DNA of 64,000 nt from Ignavibacteriota bacterium (GTDB lineage: Bacteria; Bacteroidota; Ignavibacteria; Palsa-1295), in the NCBI GenBank assembly GCA_963787835.1, contig CAWBEI010000003.1:416001-480000 (forward strand), in the 5' to 3' direction. Below, one piece after another: positions 39,385 through 49,887 of the stretch; position 1 is the first letter of the stretch; each line of letters begins with the position of its first letter. The notes under the pieces are model-generated. The model saw nothing but the letters and a program-made list of their open reading frames with translations, searched no databases and had not been told where the DNA came from. The translations under genes were made by a program, and so were the position numbers.

Positions 39385-42300
39385 TTGGTACCAACTATGA
39401 CCATGACACATTCTAACCCTTTCGTTTTTTTCGCAGCGGGCGGCAGGAATCGTGTGTCCTCTATGATACAGATATTATTCCTGATGCGGGCATTTTCCAG
39501 GGTGCGGGTGGTAGTATGGGTTGCAACGATCATCCTGTTATCGTCCATGCTGTTTTCAGAAACCGCATTGGCGCAGAACCCGCTGATCAACCATACCATC
39601 GTCAAAACGCACAACACCCCTCCCCCCGAGGGCCGGGATTTCTGGTTCTCGATGATGTCCAACTACTGGGGCCAGGACTTAGGCGGGAAGTACATGCGTA
39701 TTTACATTACGTCCGCAAACAATTGCACGGCGTTTGTCGAGTCCAATGGGAACACGACGCCCGTGCCGGTTCAGGCCTATCAGATCTCCAGTTTCAAAAT
39801 TCCAGAGTTTTGGGAAATGGAGTCCAGCGGTATCGTGGAAAATAAGGCGATCCATGTTTATTCCAATACGGCTGACCTTACGGTCTATGATATGTCCCAT
39901 AACGCCTATACGTCGGATGGTTCGTATATTATTCCAACGATCGGCTGGGGCACGGATTATGTTGTTGCTGCGTATGGCTCGCTGTTCGAAGGAAGCGGTT
40001 CTTATATTTATGATCTTCCTTCCACGTTAGCTATTACCGCCGATCAGGACAATACTATTGTTACGATTACTCCAACGTGCGATTGCCGCAAATGTACCAG
40101 CGGAAATGTCAACGGAGATGCCAATTCCACGATCCTCGTGTATCCGCAAGGCGTTCCTGTTCAGTTCCAGCTTGATCGTGGGCAATGCATGGAATTAATG
40201 CCCATTAAGGCGTCGGATCCGGATAATTTTGACCTGACGGGAACGATCATACATTCGAATGTGCCCGTCGGCGTGTCCGGCGGATCCGTTTGCCCAAACA
40301 TTCCGTCGGACTTTCCCTATTGCGATCACGTCGAGGATATGCTTCCTCCCATTCGAACCTGGGCTGAAACCTATTATACGACCAATCCCCAGCAGCCTGA
40401 AGGTTCAACGGATGACTATGCCCGCTACTGTTTTATTTCGTCGGTACCGGGGCAAACGATCACTCGGCATGATTATGTGTCCGGCGACCACACCGAATGT
40501 ATCATTCCTAACCAATATGGTATCTATTGGGATGAATTAGAACTTGGTCAAAAGTTTACGAGCACGGCGCCATTCCTCTGTGTATGGTATATCAATAGTG
40601 CTACATACCCCAATGGCCAAAACGGCAATGGCGATCCTGCCGAGTGTATTATTAATCCAAAAGAGCAATATACCACGACGGTCGTTTTTGAGACTCCGGA
40701 GAGCGTCGGTAATATCGTGCCGTACGATAATTATGCAAATATTATTTGCCGCGACACCGACGCGCGATACACGCTCTACGATGGAAAAGGAATTCTCGGC
40801 CTGGGCGCTCAACCCATTGACGATACTTTCGAGATCTTCAACGTGCCTCATATCGCACCCGGCACGCATACCGTGGTGCAGGATCTTGTACATGATTCCA
40901 CGGCCGCCGGCGTTGGGGTGTATATCTATGGTTATGGCTATGACGAATCCTACGCCTGGGCCGGCAGTTTCGGAACTGGTACGTTCCATTCACCGGACTC
41001 GATTCCCCCGCTTGCCGATACTATGGGCCATTGCTTCTCCGCGTATGTCCATGTAAGCGATTCCGGACTGTTGCCGGATGGCATCAATAAACAGAGCGGC
41101 CTCGGCGAAATACGGCTTGACTCGGTCTATAATATGGCCTACCTGCCCGATCCTAACTTTGTGGAGGGAGCAGGACAAGATAGCAGCGATTATAGTATGT
41201 ACGTGGTCGATGTGACCAAACCAGCCATACTCGTTATCGATGCCTATGATATTGCCGGTAATGAAACGAAGATCACAAGCACCTATGAACCCCTTGTGGA
41301 CAGCATGAAGCCGACGCTGCAAAATGTTGGTGTGTGGAATCCGGGAACTCCGCCGGATACGGCGTACGATACACTTTACAATTTAGGAGAGCTACCACTC
41401 AAACTAGACGAACTTCATCTGATGTATGGCAATGTTGGATTCACGATCTACGATAGTATTGGCGGGCCGATCGATACGTCTCCGATCCCTCCGGGACAAT
41501 ATCGATTGATCGAGATCCAATTCAAGGCATTGGTTTCCACCAAAGCGGTTGACAGCATTATCTATGGTAATGCCTGCAATCCGCAATCGGTGGCAGTGAT
41601 CGGCAGCGGCGGCGCAGCGGACTTTGTTGTGACCGACCAAACCTGGCCAAATGAGCCGCTTCAAGGTGGCACTTGCTATCCAAAACCGGTTTATATCGAG
41701 AATCTCTCGAAGGCTGTGATCACCATTGACTCTGCATGGTGGGCCGATACGATCCATTTCCATCCGGATCCTTCCAATGGGTTCCCATTCACGGTTCCAG
41801 CTTCTCCGGGTAAGGCAACGTTCATTATTGACTATTGTCCGGATTCCAGTTCGCTGATCTCGGCCAATCGTACCGAAGGTAACTGGACGAGTCCGCAAGT
41901 GCTCACCCCCGAACACAAGGAAGACCCACGTTTCGACAGCCTGATCGGCTGGGCCGTGGCACCAAGCGCAATATTCTACCAGGATACGACCATTACGCTC
42001 GACTGCCAGAACACGAACGATACCATCACCGCTACTTTCACGATCGCAGCGATCGGTACCAGCATCACAACGATCAATCGCGTGTATCAAACCGATACGG
42101 TGGATTTCTTCAATCTCATGGGAACCCTCAATAATAACAATTTGACATGGGATCCGACGAAGACCGCCCAACAGCTTGACACCGGCCAATCCGCGACGAT
42201 CTCGGTGCAATATATCGCTAAGGGCCAACAGAATGCAACGGTGGTCGATCATTTAGTGGCGTTGGATGGTGAAAATAATGTTATTGGAGATACCCTTCAG

Positions 42301-43911
42301 GTAACGATCAATTCCAATTACGCTTCCGGCAGTACGGGTTCAGGAATGCTCACGCTTGCTCCGGTTCCATATCAAACACCGACTCCGAGCTCAAGCACCT
42401 TCACGATACAAAATACCGCGAATGCACCGCTCGTGATCGATAGCGTTGGGTTACAAGCGGGGATATTCAATCCTGCATTTACCTATACGGTGGCAACACT
42501 ATCGCCCACAACGCTTATAACAACGTTCCCTTATTCCATACCGGCAGGACAAAGTTTGCTCGTCACGGTGAATTTCAATGACTCAATATTCCCCGATCCG
42601 GCACAACAAGTGGAGTTCGCCATTACCAGTACGAACAGTTGCACCACGTTACCGATGATCGTCACGGCATACGTTACGCATGTTGGGCCAACAACGTCCG
42701 GCTTCGAAGGAGCACCCATCCTTTCCTGCGATACGCAGATGAACAACATTACGATCACTAACGATGGGCCAAGAACCTCAACGTACGATGACAGCGATAG
42801 GGTTATCTCCGTCCAATGGATTGGCCCAGACAAGGGTAAGTTCTTTACGACCCCGCTTATGCCACCCGCAGTATTCCACGGAAGCATGCAGACGATTACG
42901 GATCCGGCAGACACGAACGTGAAGCTCCCAGTCGCGGCAAACTACCTTGTTCCCGTGACATTTAAACCGAATCCCGATAGCACAGGAATCGTTACCTATA
43001 CCGACGAGCTACAGATCATATTCGTTAACAGCGATGGAGATACCTCGACGCAAGTGATACCAGTATCTGGAACTGCTGGAACAGCCCTGGTATCCGCCAG
43101 TTCAGTTATTGCGAACGTAACAAATGCGTCCGATGGCACATCGGGTCACGCCAATGATATGTTGTCCATGCCAGCAAACGTCTCGGTGTCGATACCAGGT
43201 GGGCTTGCGGGCGTGACGGTCGATCAATTGGCGATCACGGGCGTGACGTTGACGTATGTGATCCCGAATCGTGATATGCTGACGCTTACAGGTAAGGGAT
43301 TCAACCCAATTAACCCTTGGGTGATGCCAAATGCACCCGTCGTCACGCCTGGTGCTGGTACTTCGGAGACTATCACGGTCACCCTGACCGGTGGTCCTTT
43401 GAATGCGAATACTACCAGCTTCGGTAACTTCACATTTACAGCGGATCTGGATACGGCAACGAACCTCACCACTCCGGTTCAGCTTCAGTCCATGCAGCTC
43501 TTTACTGGCGCGAGCGGTTCTACGCCGGTCGGAGCGTGTATCGGCAACACGGTATCGGGCACGGACTTCACACTCTTGCTTGCTTGCGGTGATTCTACAC
43601 TCCGCACAGTAATGAGAGGCCGAGGCGGGAACATCAGCTTCATTGGCGCGGCTACACCTGACCCTGTCACGTCTGGTAACGTCACGGTGAAGTATGCGAA
43701 TCTCGGTGCAGCCACGATGACACTTGCGATCTACGACGAACTCGGCAACGAGGTCGCTCGTCCGGTCAACAATGTGTTCCAGAATGCCGGTGCGTGGCAG
43801 GTAACGGCCGATGTATCGAAGCTTCCGAGCGGTACTTATACGTATCGCTTGAGCGGCACCAGCGCGACTGGACCGATGGTAGTCTCGAACCAATTCGTCA
43901 TCCAGCGATAG
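39385..43911 (+). CDS. Large T9SS surface protein with IgGFc-binding-like N-terminal domain and Ig-like repeats (start may be 39463 or 39484)
   Basis: EGRDFWF, SDG..IIPTIGWGTDY, DLTGTII.SN.PV.V.GG, ESYAWAG; C-terminal IYDELGNEV..DVSKLPSGTYTYRL. Confidence 0.85.
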   Translation: MVPTMTMTHSNPFVFFAAGGRNRVSSMIQILFLMRAFSRVRVVVWVATIILLSSMLFSETALAQNPLINHTIVKTHNTPPPEGRDFWFSMMSNYWGQDLGGKYMRIYITSANNCTAFVESNGNTTPVPVQAYQISSFKIPEFWEMESSGIVENKAIHVYSNTADLTVYDMSHNAYTSDGSYIIPTIGWGTDYVVAAYGSLFEGSGSYIYDLPSTLAITADQDNTIVTITPTCDCRKCTSGNVNGDANSTILVYPQGVPVQFQLDRGQCMELMPIKASDPDNFDLTGTIIHSNVPVGVSGGSVCPNIPSDFPYCDHVEDMLPPIRTWAETYYTTNPQQPEGSTDDYARYCFISSVPGQTITRHDYVSGDHTECIIPNQYGIYWDELELGQKFTSTAPFLCVWYINSATYPNGQNGNGDPAECIINPKEQYTTTVVFETPESVGNIVPYDNYANIICRDTDARYTLYDGKGILGLGAQPIDDTFEIFNVPHIAPGTHTVVQDLVHDSTAAGVGVYIYGYGYDESYAWAGSFGTGTFHSPDSIPPLADTMGHCFSAYVHVSDSGLLPDGINKQSGLGEIRLDSVYNMAYLPDPNFVEGAGQDSSDYSMYVVDVTKPAILVIDAYDIAGNETKITSTYEPLVDSMKPTLQNVGVWNPGTPPDTAYDTLYNLGELPLKLDELHLMYGNVGFTIYDSIGGPIDTSPIPPGQYRLIEIQFKALVSTKAVDSIIYGNACNPQSVAVIGSGGAADFVVTDQTWPNEPLQGGTCYPKPVYIENLSKAVITIDSAWWADTIHFHPDPSNGFPFTVPASPGKATFIIDYCPDSSSLISANRTEGNWTSPQVLTPEHKEDPRFDSLIGWAVAPSAIFYQDTTITLDCQNTNDTITATFTIAAIGTSITTINRVYQTDTVDFFNLMGTLNNNNLTWDPTKTAQQLDTGQSATISVQYIAKGQQNATVVDHLVALDGENNVIGDTLQVTINSNYASGSTGSGMLTLAPVPYQTPTPSSSTFTIQNTANAPLVIDSVGLQAGIFNPAFTYTVATLSPTTLITTFPYSIPAGQSLLVTVNFNDSIFPDPAQQVEFAITSTNSCTTLPMIVTAYVTHVGPTTSGFEGAPILSCDTQMNNITITNDGPRTSTYDDSDRVISVQWIGPDKGKFFTTPLMPPAVFHGSMQTITDPADTNVKLPVAANYLVPVTFKPNPDSTGIVTYTDELQIIFVNSDGDTSTQVIPVSGTAGTALVSASSVIANVTNASDGTSGHANDMLSMPANVSVSIPGGLAGVTVDQLAITGVTLTYVIPNRDMLTLTGKGFNPINPWVMPNAPVVTPGAGTSETITVTLTGGPLNANTTSFGNFTFTADLDTATNLTTPVQLQSMQLFTGASGSTPVGACIGNTVSGTDFTLLLACGDSTLRTVMRGRGGNISFIGAATPDPVTSGNVTVKYANLGAATMTLAIYDELGNEVARPVNNVFQNAGAWQVTADVSKLPSGTYTYRLSGTSATGPMVVSNQFVIQR

Positions 43912-43991
43912 AGGAATCGTCCGAAATGAGATGATGTTGCGTTTTCTGTGCTTTATCGGTCATGCAAGTCAATGCGACGTCGGAGATATTA

Positions 43992-44474
43992 ATGTTGAAA
44001 AAAATGGATGCTACTCGCCAAGACAAAATAACAGCGATCCGTACGTTGCCCTCGGAATTATCAGAAGCTGTCAACGGACTGAGCAAGGAACAACTGAATA
44101 CGCCCTATCGCGAAGGCGGCTGGAGCCCTCGACAAATTGTGCATCATATTGCGGACTCTCACCTGAATGCATTCGTCCGAATGAAACTCATTCTGACCGA
44201 AGAGCAGCCTCTGTTCAAGACGTACGATCAGGATGCCTGGGCTGCAATGCATGATTACACCTATGATATCGCGCCATCCCTCGCGATCGTGTCTGGCATT
44301 CAGGAGCGTATGGCTAATCTCTTGGAAGATGCAAGCGAGGATGATCTCGCAAAAAAAGCCAATCATCCCGATAATGGGGTGATGACGTTACAAAATTTGC
44401 TCGATCTGTACGCAACACATGGCAGGAACCATGTTGAGCAGATCACGGGATTACGCAAGAAAATGGGTTGGTAG
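43992..44474 (+). CDS. YfiT/BstA-like DinB-family thiol transferase
   Basis: TPYREGGWS.RQIVHHIADSH, YDQDAWA, HG..H. Confidence 0.9.
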   Translation: MLKKMDATRQDKITAIRTLPSELSEAVNGLSKEQLNTPYREGGWSPRQIVHHIADSHLNAFVRMKLILTEEQPLFKTYDQDAWAAMHDYTYDIAPSLAIVSGIQERMANLLEDASEDDLAKKANHPDNGVMTLQNLLDLYATHGRNHVEQITGLRKKMGW

Positions 44475-44487
44475 AATTCCCACTGCG

Positions 44488-45618
44488 CTACCCCAGTTTT
44501 TTCCTAAATCTCATCGAACTCAGCGTTAACACCCCCCCGCTGAAAATGAACATGGCCAATACTTGAGGCCATAGCTCCGTCAATCCTGCGCCACGCAGAA
44601 AGATCCCACGAATGATCTCGAAAAAATAGCGGAGTGGCAAAAAATAGCTGAACCACTGGATAACTTTTGGCATATTCTCGATCGGGAATATGAAACCCGA
44701 AAGGAAATTCATCGGGAGCACCACGAAGAACACGGTCGTCATCATGGCTTGCTGTTGTGTTCCGCTCACGGTAGAAACAAAAAGCCCAAGGCCGAGCGTC
44801 GTGAAGATAAATACCAAAGCAAGCGCCACGAGTAAGAGAACAGACCCCCGAACTGGAATGCCAAGTATAAGCGTTACTCCGGCAAGAGCAAGAACGATAT
44901 CGATAATACCAATGATCGTAAACGGAGCAAGCTTGCCGATAATGATCTGCCACGTCTTGATGGGTGTCACGATAAGCTGTTCCAGGGTTCCCCGTTCTTT
45001 CTCCTTTACGATCGCCAACGCCGTCAGCAGAACCGTCGCCTGAGTAATGATCATTCCCAACAGCCCCGGCAAAATGTAGTTGCGGCTCTTCAGTTCGGGA
45101 TTATACCAAACACGAATCTCCGGCGTGACTGTGATCGGCTTCAGTGCACCCAATCCGCGACGAGAATAACTTTCGAGCAAAGCATTCTGTGAATACCCGG
45201 CAACGATGGCACCGGCATAGTTGAGGCCCACCGATGCCGCGTTACTTTCCGAACCATCGACGATCGCCTCGACTTTTGCTTGTTGCCCACGCAGGATCTT
45301 CTTGCCAAATTCCGGCGGGATGGTCAATGCGAGTGAGGCATCTCCTTGCATGATATACTTATCGACATCGGAAAGCCGCTCGACGCGAGCTACAACTGGG
45401 AAATATCCTGAGTTTTCGAAGCGCGCGATAAAATCGTGGCTCTGGAGCGAATGATCCTGATCGCAGACCACCATCGGAACGGAATTCACATCGAGATTAA
45501 TAGCAAACCCAAAGAGAAGCAATTGCGCGATCGGGCCGATGAAGATCAGCCGGATCATATTCGGATCCCGCCGAAGCTGCTGGAACTCCTTTCGAAGAAA
45601 GATAAGAATGGTGCGCAT
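44488..45618 (-). CDS. ABC-2 exporter permease (YbhR-like)
   Basis: KEF.QL.RD, WYNPEL, IVKEKERGTLEQLIVTP, LSGFIFPIENMP. Confidence 0.93.
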   Translation of the reverse strand: MRTILIFLRKEFQQLRRDPNMIRLIFIGPIAQLLLFGFAINLDVNSVPMVVCDQDHSLQSHDFIARFENSGYFPVVARVERLSDVDKYIMQGDASLALTIPPEFGKKILRGQQAKVEAIVDGSESNAASVGLNYAGAIVAGYSQNALLESYSRRGLGALKPITVTPEIRVWYNPELKSRNYILPGLLGMIITQATVLLTALAIVKEKERGTLEQLIVTPIKTWQIIIGKLAPFTIIGIIDIVLALAGVTLILGIPVRGSVLLLVALALVFIFTTLGLGLFVSTVSGTQQQAMMTTVFFVVLPMNFLSGFIFPIENMPKVIQWFSYFLPLRYFFEIIRGIFLRGAGLTELWPQVLAMFIFSGGVLTLSSMRFRKKLG

Positions 45619-45640
45619 CGTCTGAATGGAAGTATTATTT

Positions 45641-45768
45641 TGTCATTGCGAGGAGAGCATTCGAAGCAGAGCGGTGAATGCTCGACGAAGCAATCTCTAT
45701 CCTACGGGATAGAGATTGCTTCGTCGAACGAATCTCCCTTCGGTCGATTCGTTCTCCTCGCAATGACA
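45641..45768. repeat. GTCATTGCGAG...CTCGCAATGAC palindromic element, copy 2
   Basis: 15-bp terminal inverted repeat TGTCATTGCGAGGAG; the right half is nearly identical to copy 1. Confidence 0.9.
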
Positions 45769-45795
45769 TATTCTCACAGTTCATTTGAATCATTG

Positions 45796-46929
45796 TTAAA
45801 ATAATTTTTTCATCTTATTCCAACTGATGGTCGTGATCGCAGATGCAAAGATCACCATAAAAAGCGTCTCTTTCCAGAACACCTCAATTCCGGCACCGCG
45901 AAGGATGATCGCTCGCAAGATCCACAGAAAATACCGTGCCGGATTGATGTAGGTAATAGCCTGTATCACTACCGGCATATTCCGGATGGGAAAGGTAAAT
46001 CCCGAAAGCATGAATGTGGGCAGCAAAGAGACTAATGTCGCAAGTTGAAACGCCTCCTCTTGCCGTTCCGAAACGGACGATACCCACAGGCCAAGCCCAA
46101 GCCCACAAAAAATAAAGATCAGGGACTCTATGAATAACAGCACGATACTACCACGAATGACGACATCGAATAAGAAATAGCCTGTAAGCAATATGAGTGA
46201 AGTGCTAATGATCGAGATCACGACATACGGCATTGTTTTCCCGATGATCAGTTCCATTGGGTGGATCGGCGAGACGATGATCTGCTCCATCGTCCCCTTC
46301 TCGCGTTCGCGCACGATCGAAAGTGAGGTAGAAACGACAGTCGAGATCATGAGAATAAAACCGATCAGACCTGGAACCAGAAATTTAGGACTGGTCAACT
46401 CGGGATTGTACCACACTCGTGCCCGGTAATCAATGGGAAGTTCCGGTTTTCCAAGTCCGTTGCGCGCGAGCGCTTGCAAGGTTATCTTCGTCGAGTAATC
46501 TTGTGCCATCGCCTGAAGGTATCCGGCGGCTGCGGTTGCATTCGTAGCATTCGAGCCATCGACAATCACCTGCACTTCGACCGACCGATTGGCACGCAGA
46601 TCCTTCTCGAAATCGACAGGAATGACGAGCACGGCCCGCGCGATCTGTTTGACAAGCATTGTATCGATCTGGCGATCGCTCGAAAGGGTTGCCACCTTAT
46701 CGAAATATTCAGTATGCAAAAATCCATCCGTAAGTTCACGGCTTGTTGTGGTGCGATCCTGATCGTAAATCGCAAGCGGAACGTGCTTTACATCATAATT
46801 CAACGCATAGCCAAAAAGGATAAGCATTGCGGCCGGCACGCCAAGAAGTACACCAAGCGAACGCCGGTCGCGAGAGATCTGGCGAAGTTCCTTTCGGATG
46901 ATCGGTCGAATACGTGCGCGTGAGATCAT
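45796..46929 (-). CDS. ABC-2 exporter permease (YbhS-like)
   Basis: KELRQISRD, WYNPEL, REREKGTMEQ, LSGFTFPIRNMP. Confidence 0.93.
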   Translation of the reverse strand: MISRARIRPIIRKELRQISRDRRSLGVLLGVPAAMLILFGYALNYDVKHVPLAIYDQDRTTTSRELTDGFLHTEYFDKVATLSSDRQIDTMLVKQIARAVLVIPVDFEKDLRANRSVEVQVIVDGSNATNATAAAGYLQAMAQDYSTKITLQALARNGLGKPELPIDYRARVWYNPELTSPKFLVPGLIGFILMISTVVSTSLSIVREREKGTMEQIIVSPIHPMELIIGKTMPYVVISIISTSLILLTGYFLFDVVIRGSIVLLFIESLIFIFCGLGLGLWVSSVSERQEEAFQLATLVSLLPTFMLSGFTFPIRNMPVVIQAITYINPARYFLWILRAIILRGAGIEVFWKETLFMVIFASAITTISWNKMKKLF

Positions 46930-47870
46930 GCAACTTTCTCCTTTGTCTCCAGATCGATCAAATGGATGAATACATCCTCAAGCGAAGGTGTGATCTGTTC
47001 AATACGAACCATATTGATCCCCTGTGAGCGAAGTGTATCCGTGATAACTGCTCGTGCATCCTGCGATTTGGGGATGCTCACATGCAAAAAGCTCCCGAAC
47101 ACAGATGTTTCCTCCACACGACTGTCGCTATCAAGCGCAGCCATCGCTTCGATGACGCGGTCCGTCTCAACCTCGAACACCGGCGTTTGGAGATGCTTTG
47201 TCTTTAGCTCTTCCGGCGTACCTCCGGCGATGATGCGGCCTTCGTGAATCAGCATGATCCGGTTGCAATACTCTGCTTCATCGAGATAATGTGTGGTCAC
47301 GAATACCGTAGTACCCCCTGCGGCGAGCTGTCGAATAAGATCCCAAAACCGCCGCCGCATGATGGGATCGACGCCGCCCGTAGGCTCATCAAGAAACACT
47401 ACTTTCGGCGAATGGAGCATGGCGCACCCGAGCGCCAGCCGCTGCTTGAAGCCTCCCGGCAGATCGCGCGGAAGGCTATTTTCCCTGCCTTCAAGACCAG
47501 CAATGCCTATCGCCCATTTGCTTCGTTCCGCGATCGTCTCATCAGATAATCCATAGATCCCACCCCAAAACCGAATATTTTCGGTACAGGTGAGATCGTC
47601 ATACAGCGAGAACTTTTGCGACATATAGCCGATATTCTTCTTGATGTCATCCGGTTGGGAATTTATATCAAATCCCGCGACCGTTGCTGTGCCGCTCGTC
47701 GATTGCAGAAGTCCGCAGAGCATCCGTATCGTCGTGGATTTTCCCGAACCGTTCGCTCCCAGGAAGCCGAAGATCTCACCGGCATGTACATTGAAGGAAA
47801 TACTATCTACGGCAGTGAATGAGCCAAATCGCTTCGTGAGGTCTTTGGCATCGATAGCAAGATCAGGCAT
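46926..47870 (-). CDS. ABC exporter ATP-binding protein
   Basis: GANGSGKST, LPGGFKQRL, FLDEPT. Confidence 0.95.
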   Translation of the reverse strand: MPDLAIDAKDLTKRFGSFTAVDSISFNVHAGEIFGFLGANGSGKSTTIRMLCGLLQSTSGTATVAGFDINSQPDDIKKNIGYMSQKFSLYDDLTCTENIRFWGGIYGLSDETIAERSKWAIGIAGLEGRENSLPRDLPGGFKQRLALGCAMLHSPKVVFLDEPTGGVDPIMRRRFWDLIRQLAAGGTTVFVTTHYLDEAEYCNRIMLIHEGRIIAGGTPEELKTKHLQTPVFEVETDRVIEAMAALDSDSRVEETSVFGSFLHVSIPKSQDARAVITDTLRSQGINMVRIEQITPSLEDVFIHLIDLETKEKVA

Positions 47871-48831
47871 GAGTAGCCTCCATGGTCTTTGCCGGAGCAT
47901 CCTCTTCTCCCGATGGTTCCACGTCTCGCAACAGTGCAATAAATACATTTTCGAGCGAGGGTTGGATTAATCGTGCGCTCCGCACCGGCACTCCCTTTGA
48001 CTCAAGACGCCCCTTGACCGTGTTTGCATCAACATCCTTCTTTACTACCGCGTTGATCCGGTCGCCGAAGGTCTGCACCTCGATGACATCCGGGAAGGAA
48101 CGAAGCAACTCCGTAGCGTTGTCCAATACTTCGGGAATGATCTCGATCACACTCCCGATCATTTGTTTCTTCACATTTTTCGGAGTATCGGTCAAAAGAA
48201 TGTGTCCATCACTCATAAGCCCTACTCGTGTGCAACGTTCGGCTTCATCAAGGTAGGGAGTGGTCATAAGAATGGTGATTCCTTCATCAAGAAGCGATGA
48301 TAATATCTTCCAAAATTCGCGCCGTGAAACGGGATCGACGCCAGTCGTCGGCTCATCGAGAAAAATGATCTCCGGCTTATGAATAAGCGTTGCAGCAAGC
48401 GCGAGCTTTTGCTTCATACCACCCGATAGTTGATCTGCCAGACGTGCTCGGAACGGAGTGAGGCGCGTAAAGTCAAGCAGTTCGTTACGTCGAGTCGCGT
48501 AATCTTTTACCTCGTGGATCTCTGCAAAAAATTCGATATTCTCATCGACGGTAAGATCGGGATACAGGCTAAACCGCTGCGAAAGATAGCCAATGCGAGG
48601 CTTTATCTCCTTTATTTGGGTTGCAAGATCGAGACCTAATATCTTAGCGTCACCGCCATCGGGTTTAACAATGCCGCAGAGCATTCGAATGAGCGTTGTC
48701 TTCCCGGCTCCATCTGGCCCGACCAGTCCAAACATTTCTCCTTTTGCAATGGTAAGATCAATGCCACGCACCGCCTCCGTCTCACCGAAAGACTTCTTAA
48801 GAGCGTGGATTTCGAGAGCTTGTTCTGGCAC
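47863..48831 (-). CDS. ABC exporter ATP-binding protein
   Basis: GPDGAGKTT, LSGGMKQKL, FLDEPT. Confidence 0.95.
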   Translation of the reverse strand: MPEQALEIHALKKSFGETEAVRGIDLTIAKGEMFGLVGPDGAGKTTLIRMLCGIVKPDGGDAKILGLDLATQIKEIKPRIGYLSQRFSLYPDLTVDENIEFFAEIHEVKDYATRRNELLDFTRLTPFRARLADQLSGGMKQKLALAATLIHKPEIIFLDEPTTGVDPVSRREFWKILSSLLDEGITILMTTPYLDEAERCTRVGLMSDGHILLTDTPKNVKKQMIGSVIEIIPEVLDNATELLRSFPDVIEVQTFGDRINAVVKKDVDANTVKGRLESKGVPVRSARLIQPSLENVFIALLRDVEPSGEEDAPAKTMEATHA

Positions 48832-48848
48832 GATCTTGCTCCTCGTGC

Positions 48849-49814
48849 TTAACGAATATGTACCGTCGCGTCGGCGGGCAATCCCTTTTTCAGTTCACCG
48901 GTTGGATTCGGAATTTCGACCTTCACTCCAAAGACAAGCTTCACCCGATCATCCTTCGTTTGAATGTCTTTGGGCGTAAATTCGGCTTCCGGCGAAATAT
49001 AGGTAACCGTCCCTGTGAAATTCTTTTTCGGGAGGCCATCAACCTGCACATCAACCTTTTGCCCAAGTTTAACATGCGGAAGTTCTTCTTCTGTTAAATA
49101 GATCATCAGATACACGCTCGAAAGATCGGTTACCGTCGCAACTGTAGAGCCTGAGCCAACAAGCTCGCCTTGTTCCGCTACTTTATGCGTGACGATGCCC
49201 TTGAGCGGCGAAGTGATGTACGAATCGTCGATCGACTTTTGAACTTCATCGCGGGTTGCTTCCAGTTGATTGACATGGGCCAGGGCAGAACTCACATCCT
49301 CCGGACGCGCCAGATGCCGTACCTTCGCCAAATTTGCTTCCGCCTGATCGAGCTGGCTTTGTGCTACACGAAACTTCGCTTCTTCCTGATCGAGTTGTTC
49401 CTTTGTTGCTGCACCACCGGCATGAAGATTCCGTACACGATCTAATTCATCCGCCTCGAGCTTGCGGTTCGTCTCTGCTTGCGTAACGGCTTGTTCTGCG
49501 GATTGAATATCCTCCGTGCGCGAGCCTTCTTGCGTCAAGGAAAGCTGTGCACGAGCCTGATCTACGGCTGCCTGAGCTGCGCGTAATTGAATATCCAGCT
49601 CGCTTCGATCCTGAGCGGCAAGCAAGCTACCGGAATCGACGGGTGTTCCATCGTCGATGTAGAGCGTAGTAATTTGGGCAGATACTTTCGCCGCAACGTT
49701 CACGTCCGTTGCTTCGATGGTGCCACTGGCGGTAATGTCATTGGGGTCGTCGTTCTTGCCGCAGCTAATGAACAGTGCTGCCACAAAGGCCAAAAGAAGG
49801 ATGTGTTTTTTCAT
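48849..49814 (-). CDS. HlyD/YbhG-like periplasmic adaptor lipoprotein
   Basis: FIS/C lipobox, SGTIEA, coiled-coil hairpin, AEFTPK.IQT..R..LVF. Confidence 0.92.
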   Translation of the reverse strand: MKKHILLLAFVAALFISCGKNDDPNDITASGTIEATDVNVAAKVSAQITTLYIDDGTPVDSGSLLAAQDRSELDIQLRAAQAAVDQARAQLSLTQEGSRTEDIQSAEQAVTQAETNRKLEADELDRVRNLHAGGAATKEQLDQEEAKFRVAQSQLDQAEANLAKVRHLARPEDVSSALAHVNQLEATRDEVQKSIDDSYITSPLKGIVTHKVAEQGELVGSGSTVATVTDLSSVYLMIYLTEEELPHVKLGQKVDVQVDGLPKKNFTGTVTYISPEAEFTPKDIQTKDDRVKLVFGVKVEIPNPTGELKKGLPADATVHIR

Positions 49815-49887
49815 GCTAGATCACGTTGCCGTTATGACGGCTTTCGCATGAACATATTGTATCGCAACATCACGCCCGATACACTTC

